A stretch of DNA of 64,000 nucleotides, taken from positions 32,001 to 96,000 of the IMG/VR virus record IMGVR_UViG_3300030109_005647; one strand, 5' to 3'. Each line of letters starts with the position of its first letter. Positions within the stretch are counted from its first letter, which is position 1. Source of the DNA: a virus. Of this stretch, positions 19,800 through 28,424 are shown one piece after another. The position numbers and the translations under genes were made by a program. The notes below the pieces were generated by a model, which did no database searches, had not been told where the DNA came from, and worked only from the letters and a program-made list of their open reading frames with translations.

Positions 19800-20042
19800 C
19801 TATTTTTGTCTTTGTTCTTCGCGTAGTTGGCGCTCGCGGTTAAGTTTTTGAATAAGTCTTTTCTTTCTAAGTTTTTCTCTACGTCTTTTAATTGACGGTT
19901 TTTCATAACGTTTTTTAGATAAAACTTTTTCAATGACTCGTTCGTTTTTAACTTTTTTAGTAAAACGTCTAATCAGTTTTTCTACTGGTTCATCTCTATG
20001 TCTCGGCTTTACCTCGACGTGAATTGGTCTTTTCTTTCCCAT
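19800..20042 (-). CDS. rpsU: phage-encoded ribosomal protein bS21 homolog
   Basis: VEVK..RDEPVEKLIRRFTKKV...VIEKV..KKRYEKPSIKRRREK matches the bS21 pattern (E. coli ENEPFDVALRRFKR...EFYEKPTTERKR); GAGGT SD. Confidence 0.85.
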   Translation of the reverse strand: MGKKRPIHVEVKPRHRDEPVEKLIRRFTKKVKNERVIEKVLSKKRYEKPSIKRRREKLRKKRLIQKLNRERQLREEQRQK

Positions 20043-20050
20043 GATAACCT

Positions 20051-20473
20051 CTAAATCATTTTTGACCAGTCGCGATTAGCAACTGCCATTATACCTGCGA
20101 TATCCACACCAGCATCACTTGGTGAAACACCGCTCAATGCGCCTGCTTGACCATTGGAAGGATCTGCTGCCTCTTCTATTGGTTGTGTCCCGCTAAAAAC
20201 ATCTACACCAAAACCGGCAGCGTCTAGTAGTTTTCTTTTTTGTTCTTTCATCATTTCATACTTTTGTTCTTGTAACTCTTGACGCTGTTGTTGCATGAGT
20301 TTGTTATTCTCTTGCATTACAGGTCTTTGTTGTACAAAGGACTGCTGTTGGGGCTGAATGCCCTTTACAACCTCTGAAATGATATTAGATAGCAAGCCTT
20401 TCTCTAAGAGAACTTCTGTAATACATTCCTCTACGATAGGTTTAATAACTTTTTTTAGTTGTGATTTTTTCAT
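20051..20473 (-). CDS. hypothetical head-module protein
   Basis: Start re-called at MKKSQLKKVIKP (ATG 20473, GAGGT SD) rather than 20515. Confidence 0.7.
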   Translation of the reverse strand: MKKSQLKKVIKPIVEECITEVLLEKGLLSNIISEVVKGIQPQQQSFVQQRPVMQENNKLMQQQRQELQEQKYEMMKEQKRKLLDAAGFGVDVFSGTQPIEEAADPSNGQAGALSGVSPSDAGVDIAGIMAVANRDWSKMI

Positions 20474-20474
20474 T

Positions 20475-21419
20475 TTACCTCTTGTTTGAGTGGATTTTTT
20501 CAAAGTAAAGATCAAATGCCTCTAAAACAGCAATCGCCTCTGTAATTTGTTTATCGACACCCTCAGACAGACCTAACTTACCAAGTTCGGCTGATGCTGC
20601 TTTGCCAGCAGCCATACCTTTTTCTGTACGGGCACGACGAAGATTATAGTCTCTTTTCGATGTCCTTCCAGCGGTATAAGAATCTGATGCTATCATATCG
20701 CTATAGATCTTCTTTTGCATTCCTGCTCTAAATTTCTTATAAGCTTTAGGTTCCATGTCCACAATTTGCTTTAAAAAATTCAAAACAGCGGTTTTTGCTT
20801 GCACTGGTTTTATTATAGCGATCGCTCTCTCTACAGAGTCATTTGTTAAAAGCGATAATAATCCTCTTAAAAGCATTCTTCTTTGTGTGGGATCAACAAT
20901 TAAGTCTCTAATGTCCTTGGCTGTTTTTGTAACAGATGCTGGCTTTGCTTCTTCTGGGGCTGCTGCAGCATCTCCTTCAGTGGACTTAGTTGGAGGATCA
21001 CCTTTCGCATCTTCTGCCGCTTCGGCACTAGCTATTTGACTTGCTGCATCTTTACCTAAATCAAAGAATATTCTTGATAAATCTTTGTGATCTACTCTGC
21101 TTAATTCAGGATCTCCATCTAAGAAACGCTTAACCGTATCCTCTGCTTGTTTTTTTGTATAAGTTCCTTGATCTCTAAGGGTGACTGCCGCGGCGCCTGC
21201 TGCATCTTCAATCTTATCGGCTATCTCCATGTCTTCAATGTCTTTGTCAGTAGGACTCCAAGTTCCAAGAAGTTTTTGTAGCCACTTTTCATTTAAAGTT
21301 TGTTTCCGGCGTGATTCCCAAAGCATCTGCTCAACACTTGCGAATTGTTCTTTGCTGTTTAAAGAGTCAATTATCTGTTCTTTTATGATTTGCCTGAGTT
21401 GTCCCTTTGTAACCTTCAT
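20475..21419 (-). CDS. putative internal head protein
   Basis: N-terminal MKVTKGQLRQIIKEQI amphipathic motif; located between the protease and scaffold genes. Confidence 0.55.
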   Translation of the reverse strand: MKVTKGQLRQIIKEQIIDSLNSKEQFASVEQMLWESRRKQTLNEKWLQKLLGTWSPTDKDIEDMEIADKIEDAAGAAAVTLRDQGTYTKKQAEDTVKRFLDGDPELSRVDHKDLSRIFFDLGKDAASQIASAEAAEDAKGDPPTKSTEGDAAAAPEEAKPASVTKTAKDIRDLIVDPTQRRMLLRGLLSLLTNDSVERAIAIIKPVQAKTAVLNFLKQIVDMEPKAYKKFRAGMQKKIYSDMIASDSYTAGRTSKRDYNLRRARTEKGMAAGKAASAELGKLGLSEGVDKQITEAIAVLEAFDLYFEKIHSNKR

Positions 21420-22072
21420 TTATTCTGCCCCCTTAGTATTTCGTTTAATGTGCGATTGATTCTATCGCCTTTTGTAAAAAATTCTTTTGACTTGTTTTCA
21501 GACATCCGAAGTTTTACATCACCTTTGTGCGGTTCTAAAACATAAGCACCAGGGGATGAAGGTTCTGAAACAGCATCAAAACAAATAAGTTGTAAGTCGT
21601 CTTGCACAACTTGAATGGAGTTTCCTTGTCCATCGCGACTTTCTTTTAGTGATCCCATGGCTCTTGATGAGAAACCAAAAAGCACACCACTTTCGTAAAG
21701 ACCTCTAAGTATCTCACCAGAGGGCGTCTTAAGAACTTTAATGGTTCCCAATACACTATCACCATCCCAATACATTCTTGTAATCATATGAGAAGCGTTT
21801 TTAAGATTTATAACTGAATCGTCTGGGTGATCGCATTCACCAATAGCACGATTATCTCTAATCAACTTTTGATAATTTTCAACTTCTCTTTCTAAAACGT
21901 CACGAGGGTAGGTTCTGCCGTTGCCATTTCTAACATTACATTGTTGTAATTTAGCAGGAAAGACAAGGAATCCTTCATTTAGCATTTTCTTTTCGCCTTC
22001 GTTTAGAAGGTCGCGACAACCTCTGTCGTCACATTTAAGTTCAAAAAATTCTCGTAAAAGTTGTTTAGCCAT
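21416..22072 (-). CDS. gp21: prohead core protease (gp21-like)
   Basis: NGNGRTYPRDVL, GECDHP, ASHMI, TPSGEIL, GFSSRAMGSL, CFDAVSEPS. Confidence 0.92.
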   Translation of the reverse strand: MAKQLLREFFELKCDDRGCRDLLNEGEKKMLNEGFLVFPAKLQQCNVRNGNGRTYPRDVLEREVENYQKLIRDNRAIGECDHPDDSVINLKNASHMITRMYWDGDSVLGTIKVLKTPSGEILRGLYESGVLFGFSSRAMGSLKESRDGQGNSIQVVQDDLQLICFDAVSEPSSPGAYVLEPHKGDVKLRMSENKSKEFFTKGDRINRTLNEILRGQNK

Positions 22073-22172
22073 TATTAATCCTTGTAGCGGGCGTTACCCG
22101 CTCGCCTATCGATCCGCTGCAGCAGCGACGGACAGGTTGTAATTTCCATTTGGAAGTCCATTCGTTACGCAT
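22065..22172 (-). CDS. unannotated 35-aa Cys-Cys peptide
   Basis: AAGGAG SD then ATG: MRNEWTSKWKLQPVRRCCSGSIGERVTPATRINNG. Fills the gap and overlaps the protease start. Confidence 0.6.
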   Translation of the reverse strand: MRNEWTSKWKLQPVRRCCSGSIGERVTPATRINNG

Positions 22173-22174
22173 TT

Positions 22175-22483
22175 TTACTCCTTTTGGTTTACTTTTAAAC
22201 CAAAGTCATTAACAAGCATTGCTAATAAATAACTTGTTCCAGAGGACAAACATCCCAAAAGAAAAGCATTTATTAAACTATAGTCAAATGTAAATAGTTC
22301 TGTAAAAGGGTTTATGCTCCATAAAAAAACTCCAGCCCAAAAACCAAAGCACAGAGGGCACCTATAGAGTTTTCCATAAAATCCTGCTTTGTCCATTAGT
22401 TGTCTAAATCTTTCGAATATAGAACCATAGACGACGATCATCGTTAGACCGTAAGCACATAAAACAAAATGCAATAAATTCAT
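22175..22483 (-). CDS. small membrane protein with CxxC (DUF1360-like)
   Basis: Three hydrophobic segments; KLYRCPLCFGFWAG motif. Confidence 0.6.
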   Translation of the reverse strand: MNLLHFVLCAYGLTMIVVYGSIFERFRQLMDKAGFYGKLYRCPLCFGFWAGVFLWSINPFTELFTFDYSLINAFLLGCLSSGTSYLLAMLVNDFGLKVNQKE

Positions 22484-23050
22484 TTATTCCTCGTAGTAGT
22501 AACCGACAAGACCATAGGCAGCGGTTGAGCCTGGGTAGGTATTATTAGTGCCTTGTCTTGGTTCGTGGGGGATTTTTCCTAGTCGGGTTGTTTCGTCGTC
22601 GGGTGGATCTGTTAAAACCTTATCAAAATTATTTTCATACTCTCTATAAGCCTTAACACCAGGAGCCTCTTTGTGTAAGAATCTTGCAATTGAATAAACA
22701 GCAACATCAATAGGGCTGACATCTTTTTGTTTTTCCTCTGGTATTAGTATTGTGCCTTCCAGAGATCCAAAAACATTACCGCCTCTAACTTTGCCTGGAT
22801 CTACAACTCCATGTTTTGAGAGGTATTCAAACATTCTAGATTGTGTCGCATAGACGTGATCACCATAGCGATCTTTAGAAAGTGCAAAAATTTTATTTTT
22901 GGAGGGTGATACCAATATATCAATATCTGGATGATCGAATATCATAACATCACCAGCCATTGTTTTTCTTGCTTTTAATTTGACGACGGCATCCGGCTTA
23001 TCAATTTTTACTCGCACTGGGTTTGGCGTATTGTCTATTGAAATCTTCAT
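22484..23050 (-). CDS. hypothetical protein
   Basis: 188-aa ORF, translationally coupled in the head operon. Confidence 0.7.
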   Translation of the reverse strand: MKISIDNTPNPVRVKIDKPDAVVKLKARKTMAGDVMIFDHPDIDILVSPSKNKIFALSKDRYGDHVYATQSRMFEYLSKHGVVDPGKVRGGNVFGSLEGTILIPEEKQKDVSPIDVAVYSIARFLHKEAPGVKAYREYENNFDKVLTDPPDDETTRLGKIPHEPRQGTNNTYPGSTAAYGLVGYYYEE

Positions 23051-23862
23051 TACGATACAATCTCTTTTTCAAGTTGTTGTATTTGCAAAACCTTGTAAAG
23101 TGTGTTTTTATTAATAGGCTCTTTGTTGACATTTTCTAAAATGCTGTAAACTTTTGAGAGGTTTTCTTTTATTGTTTCGTCATCTTGTGTTTCTTCTAGG
23201 GTTTGAGCCTCCGTCACAACCTGCTTTAGTCTTCCCACCTCTTCACTTAAATAAAAGTTAAATTCCAAGCCGTTATCGGCAAAAGAAGAAATGTAGTTAG
23301 AAAGTAGTTGCTTTTGGCTCTCTAGTAGTGTAGAGTAAGAATCATTAAATCTTTTAGTAAAGGTCTTAACAACCAGCGAAGACACTTGTGGGGTTTGTGT
23401 TTCTTTTACTGGTGTGGAAGTTAGACGCTGAACAACTTGCGCCTCTAAGAGCACTTTTGTTTTTGGTCCACTTGTGCTTCCAAATATTTGTGAAAGGGTG
23501 GCGAGATACTTATAGTTTGGAACAAAGTTATTAAAAACATCTTTTGACAATTGCTTATTGATTTTTGATATAGCAACACTCTGCTCTTTGAAAAGCCGAT
23601 CTTGATTCACCATAGAGTGCTGTGTTTTAGCTTCCACGAGAATCTTTTCAGCAATTTTTTCTTGTAAGCTATTGTTTTCCATTAGAGTTTTATATAAATC
23701 TAACTCTTTACGAAGTTCCGTTCTTAGCGCAAATGCTTCTTTCATTATCTGAATGGCAGCATTTCTTTTCTCGTTGTTCTTTGCTACTGATTGCTTTACA
23801 ATCTCTCTAACGAGTGCTTCATAAATAAAAGCAGTGTTTCTTTTTTTATTGTGCCTTGCCAT
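23050..23862 (-). CDS. hypothetical head-module protein downstream of portal
   Basis: 270-aa helical protein beginning HNKKRNTAFIYEAL; coupled to the portal gene. Confidence 0.7.
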   Translation of the reverse strand: MARHNKKRNTAFIYEALVREIVKQSVAKNNEKRNAAIQIMKEAFALRTELRKELDLYKTLMENNSLQEKIAEKILVEAKTQHSMVNQDRLFKEQSVAISKINKQLSKDVFNNFVPNYKYLATLSQIFGSTSGPKTKVLLEAQVVQRLTSTPVKETQTPQVSSLVVKTFTKRFNDSYSTLLESQKQLLSNYISSFADNGLEFNFYLSEEVGRLKQVVTEAQTLEETQDDETIKENLSKVYSILENVNKEPINKNTLYKVLQIQQLEKEIVS

Positions 23863-25809
23863 TTAGTTTTGCTCCAAATCTTTAAATATCTCTTTTAATT
23901 CGTCTCTAACTTCGAAGATTTGTTTTTCTTCCTCTTCATAATTAGTTGCCTTGTTCTCAAAAATGCCTCTGCTCATAGACTTGAAAGAATCAAGACCAAG
24001 CATCGCTTTTGCATCTGATGACAAATTCATTGTTACTTGTCTTTTAGGTGCTCGCGATATTTCATGAGAGTGTTTAGCACGAAAGTGGCGCTTTCGAGCA
24101 CCATCGGGGCGTTTGTCTACATCAACTGGTGTATAAATTTTTCCTTTCGATTTGTCGTCACGTTTACCAAGGGGTTCTTCATCGCCTGCCGATGGCTCTG
24201 CGAGTAAAGCAGTTTCTTCTGCTGGGGGTTCGAGAGCCGGCTCTTCACCGCCTAAATCTTCACCACCGAGACCTTCTTCATCTCCTAAATCACCTAACTC
24301 ATCACCACCTAAGTCACCACCTCCGAGTTCACCTAGTCCACCACCAGTTGGGTCTGCAGCAGTTTCCTCGGCAACCTTTTCTAATGCGGTTGAAACCTGT
24401 CTGTCGTAGAATATTTCTCGTTGATTTCTTAAAAACTCGTCTTCCGAGACGTCAAAAATATTTTCAGCGATCCAACGTTTTGAGAAAAATCCTTCAGTTG
24501 CCTGCGCTGCAACACTAAACTTAGTGTTCCAGGTTTCAAGCTCCTGTAGCTCAGAAATCTTTGAAGGATTATTAAGTTTCAACTTAAAGTTAATTAAATC
24601 ATCACCTCGGTAGCCAAGAACGTAAAGATGGATTGTTGCTATTTTTTCTAATTCAGATATAAGCGAACGTTGCATTCTTTGAACTGTTCTTGCAAAGCGG
24701 ATATCTTTCTGTGCTAATGCGCCTTTTTCCTCTTCGCCACCTTCACCCCTAATAAGATAAGATTGTGGGATCTTAAGAGCAGAGAACATTTTATCTCGTA
24801 AATATTTTACATCATCAATATCGCCTGTAAAAGAACCACCAGGAAGTGACTCAATTGTTGTGCTAACTCCACCACGGACAGGAATAAAATAATCTTCCTC
24901 AACAGACATGGGATTGTAACGAAGGTCAACTCTGCCTGTCTCTGGGTCGACAACTTGATTTCTCTTCATGGAGGTAATAAACCTCTGCATAAAGTTTTCT
25001 ACGTCTTGTGCTGGAATGTTTCCAACATCAACTTTAAAAACCTTTCTCTCTGGTGAGCGAACGATGCGGTAAGCCATCATTGCGTCCTCAAGAAGAGTTA
25101 ACTGGCGCCATATTCTACGAGCAGGATCAAGAACTGATGTTCCATAAGGAGCGAATTTATCATTTCCTAAGATACGGAAGTGCGCCACCTGCCAGTTTTC
25201 GAAGGTTACACCAGCACTATTCCATTGATATTGCACGTAGTTTGGATTTTGTTTATCCTCGCCCTCAAGCCTTTCTATTTCACGAGAAGGAAGACCAATG
25301 ACATTCTTAACTCCAAGATGCGAATCAATGTCCATATAAAGATAGAAATCACCATACTTACACATTGTTCGTGCCCAACCAAAAAGATTAAATTCAAGAT
25401 TTAATACTTTGTAGTAAAGCGTCTCTAAAATCTGCTTTATCTCTTCGTCTTGACATTGGATTTTTAACATCCTATTATAAACATTGAATGTGGTCATTTC
25501 ATCTGCGAAAATATCGAGAGCGGAAGCCAACTCTGGTGTATACTCCATTTGATCAAAATCTGCATAACGAGCTAAACGACTTTGAGTGCTCATGTTATAA
25601 TTTGAAAAATTATCTAGAGGATTGTAGCCGGTGCGCTCAAATTTTTGACCAGCAACATCTTTAAAAGTCTGGGCGTATTTATCCAATCTTCTTCTACGAA
25701 GCTGTCTTGTGTTTTGTGTTCTATAGTTGATAATTGGACCAGAAAATAAACGAGTAAGCCTCTTGAAGAGAGGTGATTCATTATTTTTGGTATTTTTATT
25801 TTCTGCCAT
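23863..25809 (-). CDS. gp20: portal protein (gp20-like)
   Basis: PYGTSVLDPARRIWRQL.LLEDAM..YRIVRSPERKVFKVDVGNIP, EEDYFIPVRG, DIRFARTV; acidic Gly-rich tail. Confidence 0.95.
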   Translation of the reverse strand: MAENKNTKNNESPLFKRLTRLFSGPIINYRTQNTRQLRRRRLDKYAQTFKDVAGQKFERTGYNPLDNFSNYNMSTQSRLARYADFDQMEYTPELASALDIFADEMTTFNVYNRMLKIQCQDEEIKQILETLYYKVLNLEFNLFGWARTMCKYGDFYLYMDIDSHLGVKNVIGLPSREIERLEGEDKQNPNYVQYQWNSAGVTFENWQVAHFRILGNDKFAPYGTSVLDPARRIWRQLTLLEDAMMAYRIVRSPERKVFKVDVGNIPAQDVENFMQRFITSMKRNQVVDPETGRVDLRYNPMSVEEDYFIPVRGGVSTTIESLPGGSFTGDIDDVKYLRDKMFSALKIPQSYLIRGEGGEEEKGALAQKDIRFARTVQRMQRSLISELEKIATIHLYVLGYRGDDLINFKLKLNNPSKISELQELETWNTKFSVAAQATEGFFSKRWIAENIFDVSEDEFLRNQREIFYDRQVSTALEKVAEETAADPTGGGLGELGGGDLGGDELGDLGDEEGLGGEDLGGEEPALEPPAEETALLAEPSAGDEEPLGKRDDKSKGKIYTPVDVDKRPDGARKRHFRAKHSHEISRAPKRQVTMNLSSDAKAMLGLDSFKSMSRGIFENKATNYEEEEKQIFEVRDELKEIFKDLEQN

Positions 25810-25812
25810 TTT

Positions 25813-27390
25813 TTATCCCTTAAATATCCAAGAAAAATCTTTTCTTATTTTTTGCTCTTCATCAAATCTTTCTCTTAAAGAGTCTTTATATTGACCAGGG
25901 GCTCTTGTGTCCAAATTTGTTCTGGTAGTTGATATGCTATTTAAGAAAGCTTTTTTATATTCAACATCTCGTTGATTTTCTATAATAGCTGTATCTCTAA
26001 CCCAACAACCAATAGCTGCAGCCATAACCAAATCATCGTTATATCCGCGCTGGGCTTCCGGTCTTCCATTTTTCCAAATGAACGTATCTAACTCATTTGC
26101 CAAACGTTTAGAATAAATAGTCAAAACTTTGTTTCTTATGAACTCTTCGAACTTCGCAATGATTAAAGGTCTTGTTTTGAGAGACGTAGTGAAACCAGGG
26201 ACAACAGATGAATCCCCCAAAGCAGCGTGTTGTTCCACATACTGATGAGAGCCTTTTTTACTATGGTAAACATTTTTATATCCCTTTTCCAAAAGCTTTT
26301 CTAGAACACTGAAGCCTACGTTGTTGTTTTCAACGACCAACATTGCCTCCTTATATTCTACACCAGTTGTGTAAAGTATTTCAGAAAAAAGGTCTGAGGT
26401 TGGCTTGCCTTTATATTCCGCTACTATCTCCATTGTTTGTAATTTAAATACATGAAATGTGCTTGAGTCAGCGCCATCGCCGCGGGCGACATCTGCCACT
26501 AATAAATAGTTGTCGTCATCTTGTGCCTCTTCCCATATCCAAGTGTTTCTATCAAAACCAACTTTATATTTTGGTTCTGATATTCCCTCTTTTATTCTTA
26601 GGATATCGTCTCCATGTATAACAGTATCGCCAGACGTATTAAAGTTACATTCATATTCTTGCGCAATCTGGCGTCGAGACATGTTTTTGGTTTCTGTTTT
26701 AAACCACTCGTCATCTCTATCAGGATGCACAGCCCACGGTAGGTTAACCGGAAGAAATTCATTTTCTCCGCTTTCTGCGCCAACAAATGTTTCGTGAAAC
26801 CAATCTCCTACGCCATTTGGAGTTGAGATAGCAATACAACGACCACCAGTAGAAATGGTAGGATAAAGACCAGTCCACAATTCATCAAGTCCATCGATGT
26901 GTGCAGCCTCATCAATAACAAGAAGAGACAAAGCTTCTGAACGACCAGCATCACCTGACGTGGATGATGCCTTGACTTGACTGCCATTTGTAAGCTCGAT
27001 GCTATTTTTGTTATCGACGTTGAAGTCTGCTATCTTCAGCCAAGGAGGTAGATTCTTTAAAATAGTTTTTACTTTTTTTACTAAGTTTGCTGCTGTCGCT
27101 AGTTTTGTTGCAACAATAAGAACGTTCTTGTCTCTATGAAAAAGAACCAACCAGGCAACGTAAGCAGCAGTGATGGTAGATATACCTAGCTGTCGGGCTT
27201 TCAGAACAACGATAAACCTGTGGAGTGCTAGTTCATCTACTAGATCTGCCTGAAAATCATAAGTTTTGAATGGAATAAGACCTTTTCCTGGGTGCGGTAT
27301 CTTACAATATGTGTTGATAAAGTAAACGGGTTTCTTGCCCGATTTGACAACTTCTTTTACTATCTTTTCTTTTGTAAGTTTGTAAGCCAT
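25813..27390 (-). CDS. terL: terminase large subunit (gp17-like)
   Basis: LKARQLGIST Walker A, LLVIDEAAH Walker B, ISTPNG; nuclease motifs ADVARGDG.D and DDLVMA. Confidence 0.95.
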   Translation of the reverse strand: MAYKLTKEKIVKEVVKSGKKPVYFINTYCKIPHPGKGLIPFKTYDFQADLVDELALHRFIVVLKARQLGISTITAAYVAWLVLFHRDKNVLIVATKLATAANLVKKVKTILKNLPPWLKIADFNVDNKNSIELTNGSQVKASSTSGDAGRSEALSLLVIDEAAHIDGLDELWTGLYPTISTGGRCIAISTPNGVGDWFHETFVGAESGENEFLPVNLPWAVHPDRDDEWFKTETKNMSRRQIAQEYECNFNTSGDTVIHGDDILRIKEGISEPKYKVGFDRNTWIWEEAQDDDNYLLVADVARGDGADSSTFHVFKLQTMEIVAEYKGKPTSDLFSEILYTTGVEYKEAMLVVENNNVGFSVLEKLLEKGYKNVYHSKKGSHQYVEQHAALGDSSVVPGFTTSLKTRPLIIAKFEEFIRNKVLTIYSKRLANELDTFIWKNGRPEAQRGYNDDLVMAAAIGCWVRDTAIIENQRDVEYKKAFLNSISTTRTNLDTRAPGQYKDSLRERFDEEQKIRKDFSWIFKG

Positions 27391-27932
27391 TAATCATTTG
27401 GTCTGGTTACGTTTTCGGGGTTCTTGTCGGTTGATTGCTCAAGAAACTTTTTAAACTTATCCTCTAGACGATCTTCTGATGGTTCGCCAACAGGAATAAT
27501 ATCTTTCATATTGCCTATGGTATATACCTTAGAGGCTTGAATAAAAGTTCTTATTTTCGAAATGTTCTGCAGAATCATAGATGCAGGACCTTCTTCTGTG
27601 AGAGCCAATGTATCTCCAGAGAGATTCTTATATTCTCTCTTTAAAAACTTTGTAATATCGGCAAAAGTTTGCTCCAATTCTTCATCAAGCTTTGTGTTGT
27701 GAAAAGAGGCTAACGGCATCTCTGACTGATAAGAAACAATAAGCTTTGGACCGCTCATTCGAACTTTAAACCCGTCCATAACCCTTGAATCATTCAAAGC
27801 GCAACCTTTTTCACGTTTAAGACCAATTGGATCATCTTTGCCATCTGTTCGAAACCTCGAATCATGTGATCCATCATAAGCATTTGCTGCCGCTTGATTG
27901 ATTCCTTTAACAATATCATATACTGTAGCCAT
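27390..27932 (-). CDS. hypothetical protein
   Basis: Start re-called at MATVYDIV (ATG 27932, TAATG overlap, AAGGAG SD). Confidence 0.7.
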   Translation of the reverse strand: MATVYDIVKGINQAAANAYDGSHDSRFRTDGKDDPIGLKREKGCALNDSRVMDGFKVRMSGPKLIVSYQSEMPLASFHNTKLDEELEQTFADITKFLKREYKNLSGDTLALTEEGPASMILQNISKIRTFIQASKVYTIGNMKDIIPVGEPSEDRLEDKFKKFLEQSTDKNPENVTRPND

Positions 27933-28312
27933 TAATTTTGCTCCTTGTCGGGTCGCCAGCCTTCTAACCATTTTTCCTCTCTGCCTTCGACCCATTGAAT
28001 ATAACATTTATAACAACATTCAAATTTGTTCATATATAGATCATCTCTACCAGAGAAAGAGTAAGTGTCACAAACCGGGCAAACTCTTTTTATTTCTTTA
28101 TTAATTAGGTTTCTAGTGATGAAAAAGCCGTCTTCATTTATTTTGTCTTCAGCTTCTTTAGATTCTTCTGAATAAAAATGTTTTAAATCCTCTAAATATT
28201 GTTTTTCTTTTTCATCATCCCAGCCGGATTTTGGATTAGTAATGGATTCTTCTCCAAATTTCTTGGACATTGCTTTTTCTATTTTTGCAATTTGATTTAA
28301 ATCTTTTTTCAT
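27932..28312 (-). CDS. hypothetical zinc-finger protein
   Basis: CPVC...CCYKC motif; first gene after a late motif. Confidence 0.65.
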   Translation of the reverse strand: MKKDLNQIAKIEKAMSKKFGEESITNPKSGWDDEKEKQYLEDLKHFYSEESKEAEDKINEDGFFITRNLINKEIKRVCPVCDTYSFSGRDDLYMNKFECCYKCYIQWVEGREEKWLEGWRPDKEQN

Positions 28313-28352
28313 TTATAACCTTATAGAAATAAACATTATTGTAACACTATAA

Positions 28353-28360
28353 TAAGTAGT
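28353..28360 (-). promoter_or_regulatory. late-promoter-like motif ACTACTTA (terminase/portal operon)
   Basis: Lies just downstream of a terminator. Confidence 0.6.
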
Positions 28361-28365
28361 TTTTA

Positions 28366-28397
28366 ATAAAAAAGGGGAAGACCCGAAAGTCTTCCCC
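28366..28397 (-). terminator. intrinsic terminator after the 895-aa fibre gene
   Basis: GGGGAAGACT-TTCG-GGTCTTCCCC followed by TTTTTT (UUCG tetraloop). Confidence 0.9.
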
Positions 28398-28424
28398 AAG
28401 AGAACCTATACTAAAAGTAAAAGA

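Noticed and set aside
16654-27390. Introns, inteins or homing endonucleases in terL, portal or MCP
   Set aside because: Frames are uninterrupted, lengths are ordinary, and no intein or LAGLIDADG/HNH motifs were seen.
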